A DNA stretch of 48,421 bases from a virus. Its lineage: Duplodnaviria > Caudoviricetes. The notes beneath the pieces were generated by a model. The model was not told where the DNA came from and did no database searches. It was given only the letters and a program-made list of their open reading frames with translations. This document shows, piece by piece, positions 46,104-48,421 of the stretch. A program made the translations under genes and the position numbers. Where the stretch lies: positions 1 to 48,421 of the IMG/VR virus record IMGVR_UViG_3300030104_004938; one strand, given 5' to 3'. Position 1 is the stretch's first letter. The number at the start of each line of letters is the position of its first letter.

Positions 46104-46304
46104 ACAGTTATAAAAAGTTATTATTATAAAAATTACAGCCCCTTGTTCCTTGCCAAAAGTTTCTCGCCTCTTGTCGCCTGTGCTTTCGCCTGTGCCTTTT
46201 TTGTGGATTTTTTCGCTTGTAGGTTGTCGCCTGTGCCTTGCCAGATAGATATAGATATATATATTTTTGGCCGTTGCATTATGCCGGGTTCTAGTTGCAA
46301 GTGG

Positions 46305-46406
46305 CTATTTTAACACGTCTAATGGATCATATTTTAAAATGGCATTTAAATCTTTTTTTGAAAAATGCCATTTTATTCTTCTTATTATTAGTTTTATTTT
46401 TTTCAT
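46305..46406 (-). CDS. Small basic peptide (33 aa)
   Basis: AGGAGGTTAATATG start; MKKIKLIIRRIKWHFSKKDLNAILKYDPLDVLK. Confidence 0.45.
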   Translation of the reverse strand: MKKIKLIIRRIKWHFSKKDLNAILKYDPLDVLK

Positions 46407-46407
46407 A

Positions 46408-46602
46408 TTAACCTCCTATTTTCTCTAATGCTTCCTTAATATTTAGAACATTAATAGTTTTATTAGTTGGTGTGATTACATCATAAGTAATTATATTAAA
46501 AAAACCACCAGCAACCTTATTATTATTTATTTTAATGAGATGGTTTTTATATTTAATCTTACCTTTAGACTTAACCGCATTATATATTTGTTCTTCGTTC
46601 AT
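46408..46602 (-). CDS. Small early protein
   Basis: 64 aa, AGGAGG RBS within the 37-bp inverted repeat. Confidence 0.65.
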   Translation of the reverse strand: MNEEQIYNAVKSKGKIKYKNHLIKINNNKVAGGFFNIITYDVITPTNKTINVLNIKEALEKIGG

Positions 46603-46810
46603 ATTTTTAACCTCCTATATAATCTTATAAAGATCTAAAAAAGATAATGCAAGTCAAATAATTTAGAATGATTATAAGTTGCATCTAGCCGCTTGTTAAA
46701 AGCGGCTAGAGTGTTGCATTTTTGCAACACTTTAAAAAATAGATTAAATTTAATTGTTGCGAAAACTTTTAAAATCTTTATAAGATTATATAGGAGGTTA
46801 AAAATATGAA
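46598..46810. repeat. Perfect 37-bp inverted repeat framing divergent promoters
   Basis: 46598-46634 is the exact reverse complement of 46774-46810 (ATCTTTATAAGATTATATAGGAGGTTAAAAATATGAA). Confidence 0.92.
46660..46680. promoter_or_regulatory. Second Irr box (ICE)-like palindrome
   Basis: AATTTAGAATGATTATAAGTT: two mismatches to the ICE core. Confidence 0.5.
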
Positions 46811-47225
46811 AGCAAAACAATTCAAAATAGCAACTTGGTTTATCAATAAAGATTTATTGCATAAAGTTGATATTCATTACGAAAATGAAACTAAAAGGGC
46901 TTATACTCTTTTAGATATTCTAGCTTCTAAATATTTCAAAATTGATAAAAGAAAAAAATTCAATCAAATTGAAATTACAGAAGAAGAGTATAAAACTTGG
47001 TATGTTTATTTTCTTGAATACTATATTGATGATGGTTCTATTTATGTAGGTTCAAAAGAAGAAAAAGAAGCTAAAAGACTTTTAAAATCTTTAATAAAGT
47101 TTTTTGGTCAATCAAACTTTGACGAAGGTCATAGAGCTGGTGGAAAAATTAAGTTTGCTATTTCACTTGCTAAAAAAGGCGTAGTTGCTTCTCAAATAAA
47201 TGAGGGCGATGAAACTAAACATTAA
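46806..47225 (+). CDS. Early hypothetical protein
   Basis: 139 aa, AGGAGG RBS within the inverted repeat. Confidence 0.65.
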   Translation: MKAKQFKIATWFINKDLLHKVDIHYENETKRAYTLLDILASKYFKIDKRKKFNQIEITEEEYKTWYVYFLEYYIDDGSIYVGSKEEKEAKRLLKSLIKFFGQSNFDEGHRAGGKIKFAISLAKKGVVASQINEGDETKH

Positions 47226-47238
47226 GGAGGTTAAAAAT

Positions 47239-47367
47239 ATGGAAAAAGAACTAATAATATTAATAATTGCGCCTATTGTGTGTTTTATGTGGTTCAATTA
47301 TTTAGATAAAAGACGAGAGAAAAAAGATAAAGAACAGTTAAGTAAAAGACTAGAAAGGGGGTATTAA
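47239..47367 (+). CDS. Small single-TM protein (42 aa)
   Basis: AGGAGGTTAAAAATATG start; MEKELIILIIAPIVCFMWFNYLDKRR... Confidence 0.6.
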   Translation: MEKELIILIIAPIVCFMWFNYLDKRREKKDKEQLSKRLERGY

Positions 47368-47531
47368 TGACTACTATAAAAAATAAAGAAGAAACAAAAA
47401 AAATCTTAGAAAAAATAGGTTTTAGTTTTTCTTCTAAAGAAAATAAAAAAGAAACTGACGAAGATAGACGTGAACGAATAAAAGAAACCAACGCATCAAT
47501 ACAACGTGTTGATAATCAAATAAAAAGATAG
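47367..47531 (+). CDS. Small charged protein (54 aa)
   Basis: TAATG-coupled; AGAAAGG RBS; followed by a terminator. Confidence 0.55.
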   Translation: MTTIKNKEETKKILEKIGFSFSSKENKKETDEDRRERIKETNASIQRVDNQIKR

Positions 47532-47547
47532 ACCGATTAACTCCCAT

Positions 47548-47581
47548 AACAAGGGCCAAGCTACTTGGCCCTTGTTTTTTT
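47548..47581 (+). terminator. Rho-independent terminator
   Basis: AACAAGGGCCAAG-CTA-CTTGGCCCTTGTT followed by a T-run. Confidence 0.8.
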
Positions 47582-47624
47582 GTGCGTGTGCATACAACCT
47601 GTGCGTGTGCTTGTGGTCGGCGCC

Positions 47625-47650
47625 GTTGGTACCTCGATAGAGGTACCAAC
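47625..47650. repeat. Perfect 11-bp inverted repeat
   Basis: GTTGGTACCTC-GATA-GAGGTACCAAC. Confidence 0.85.
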
Positions 47651-47853
47651 AGAAGATTAGAGTTTAACATCTATATATTGTTTAATCAGTATTATTAAAA
47701 AAGAATTATTATTATTAGTATATAATGTCGATTTTGGACGTTTAGGGGCCCCAAAACCATTATGGAAAGCAGCCTTGATTATTGGCGTAATATGAAATAA
47801 ATTACAAAAACTCATATTGAAAAGGTAAAAAAATTTTAAAAAAAATTTTTCAA

Positions 47854-48421
47854 ATGCAAATAGATCTAGAAAAAATAAAGAAACTGCCACCTGATGTTAA
47901 AAAGGACTTCTACAAGATGTACCTTAAGCTTGGCGAAAAGAAGAAGCAAAACCAAGCTAAAAATGATTTCTTAAGTTTTGTAAGACATATGTGGCCAGAG
48001 TTCATAGAAGGACCTCATCACAAAATCATAGCTCAAAAGTTCAATGATATAGCAAACAGCAAGGCAAAAAGAATTATTGTCAATATGCCACCCAGACATA
48101 CCAAGTCTGAGTTCGCTAGCTCCTTGTTGCCCGCCTGGATGATCGGGCGTAATCCTAAATTGAAGATTATACAAACAACCCATACCGGAGAGCTTGCCAT
48201 ACGGTTCGGGCGAAAAGCAAAAACACTTATTGATAGCCCTGAGTATCAAGAGATTTTTAAAACAACACTTCGAGAAGACTCGCAAGCAGCGGGTAAATGG
48301 GAAACCGCACAAGGCGGTGAGTATTTCGCAGCGGGTGTTGGTGGTGCTATTACAGGTCGTGGTGCGGACCTCCTGATCATCGATGATCCACACTCCGAGC
48401 AAGATGCGATGAATCTAACGG
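47854..48421 (+). CDS. terL: Terminase large subunit, N-terminal ATPase part (3' truncated)
   Basis: Own translation: MQIDLEKIKKLPP...FLSFVRHMWPEF...IIVNMPPRHTKSEF (Walker A)...GVGGAITGRGADLLIIDDPHSEQ (Walker B). Not in track because no stop in window. Confidence 0.93.
   Translation, partial: MQIDLEKIKKLPPDVKKDFYKMYLKLGEKKKQNQAKNDFLSFVRHMWPEFIEGPHHKIIAQKFNDIANSKAKRIIVNMPPRHTKSEFASSLLPAWMIGRNPKLKIIQTTHTGELAIRFGRKAKTLIDSPEYQEIFKTTLREDSQAAGKWETAQGGEYFAAGVGGAITGRGADLLIIDDPHSEQDAMNLT

Larger units (their letters stand above)
44170..46262. repeat. Dispersed strand-polarised TCGC(C/T)TGT repeats
   Basis: About 18 exact or one-mismatch copies, clustered at 44245-44345, 45321-45345 and 46164-46240, all in the same orientation. 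Confidence 0.8.

Noticed and set aside
44170-46262. CRISPR array from TCGCCTGT repeats
   Set aside because: Repeat only 7-8 bp with irregular spacing.
46598-46810. IS/MITE terminal inverted repeats
   Set aside because: No transposase or target-site duplication, and the arms contain the starts of the flanking genes.
47294-48402. Track ORFs at 47294, 47434, 47657, 47971 and 48194
   Set aside because: Antisense or out-of-frame shadows of the small plus-strand genes and terL.
1-48421. Prophage or temperate lifestyle
   Set aside because: No integrase, CI-like repressor or host genes in the window; the rest of the genome is not visible.

Overview
AT-rich segment of a marine podovirus-like dsDNA phage genome, with no integrase, RNA polymerase, tRNA, rRNA or CRISPR array seen. 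Gene order: tail-fibre end and three Kelch-like beta-propeller proteins (1-5.1 kb); a sulfotransferase plus four 2OG-Fe(II) oxygenases (5.1-9.0 kb); tail nozzle and ejection proteins (9.1-21.3 kb); Hsp20; a replication module with SNF2-like helicase, putative SSB, AEP primase, UvrD-like helicase, DUF3310 and family A polymerase (22-30.7 kb); a secreted/membrane cluster ending in an M15 endolysin (31-36 kb); many small genes, nucleases and an antisense terS (36-44.4 kb); a repeat-rich, divergently transcribed early region (44.4-47.8 kb); and the 5' part of terL. Portal and capsid genes lie outside the window. AGAAAGGAG-type ribosome-binding sites and Irr-like boxes point to an alphaproteobacterial host. 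The gene set resembles SAR11 pelagiphages of the HTVC023P type; this is recalled from memory and not verified by search. Best leads: (1) a possible virion-decoration system (Pro-rich propeller loops next to hydroxylases and a sulfotransferase); (2) Irr/ICE iron-control boxes in an early switch region framed by a perfect 37-bp inverted repeat; (3) several structured RNA candidates, including a thermometer-like hsp20 leader; (4) small ORFs missed by the track, including a metallothionein-like peptide and a ribbon-helix-helix regulator. All protein assignments come from motif reading by eye.
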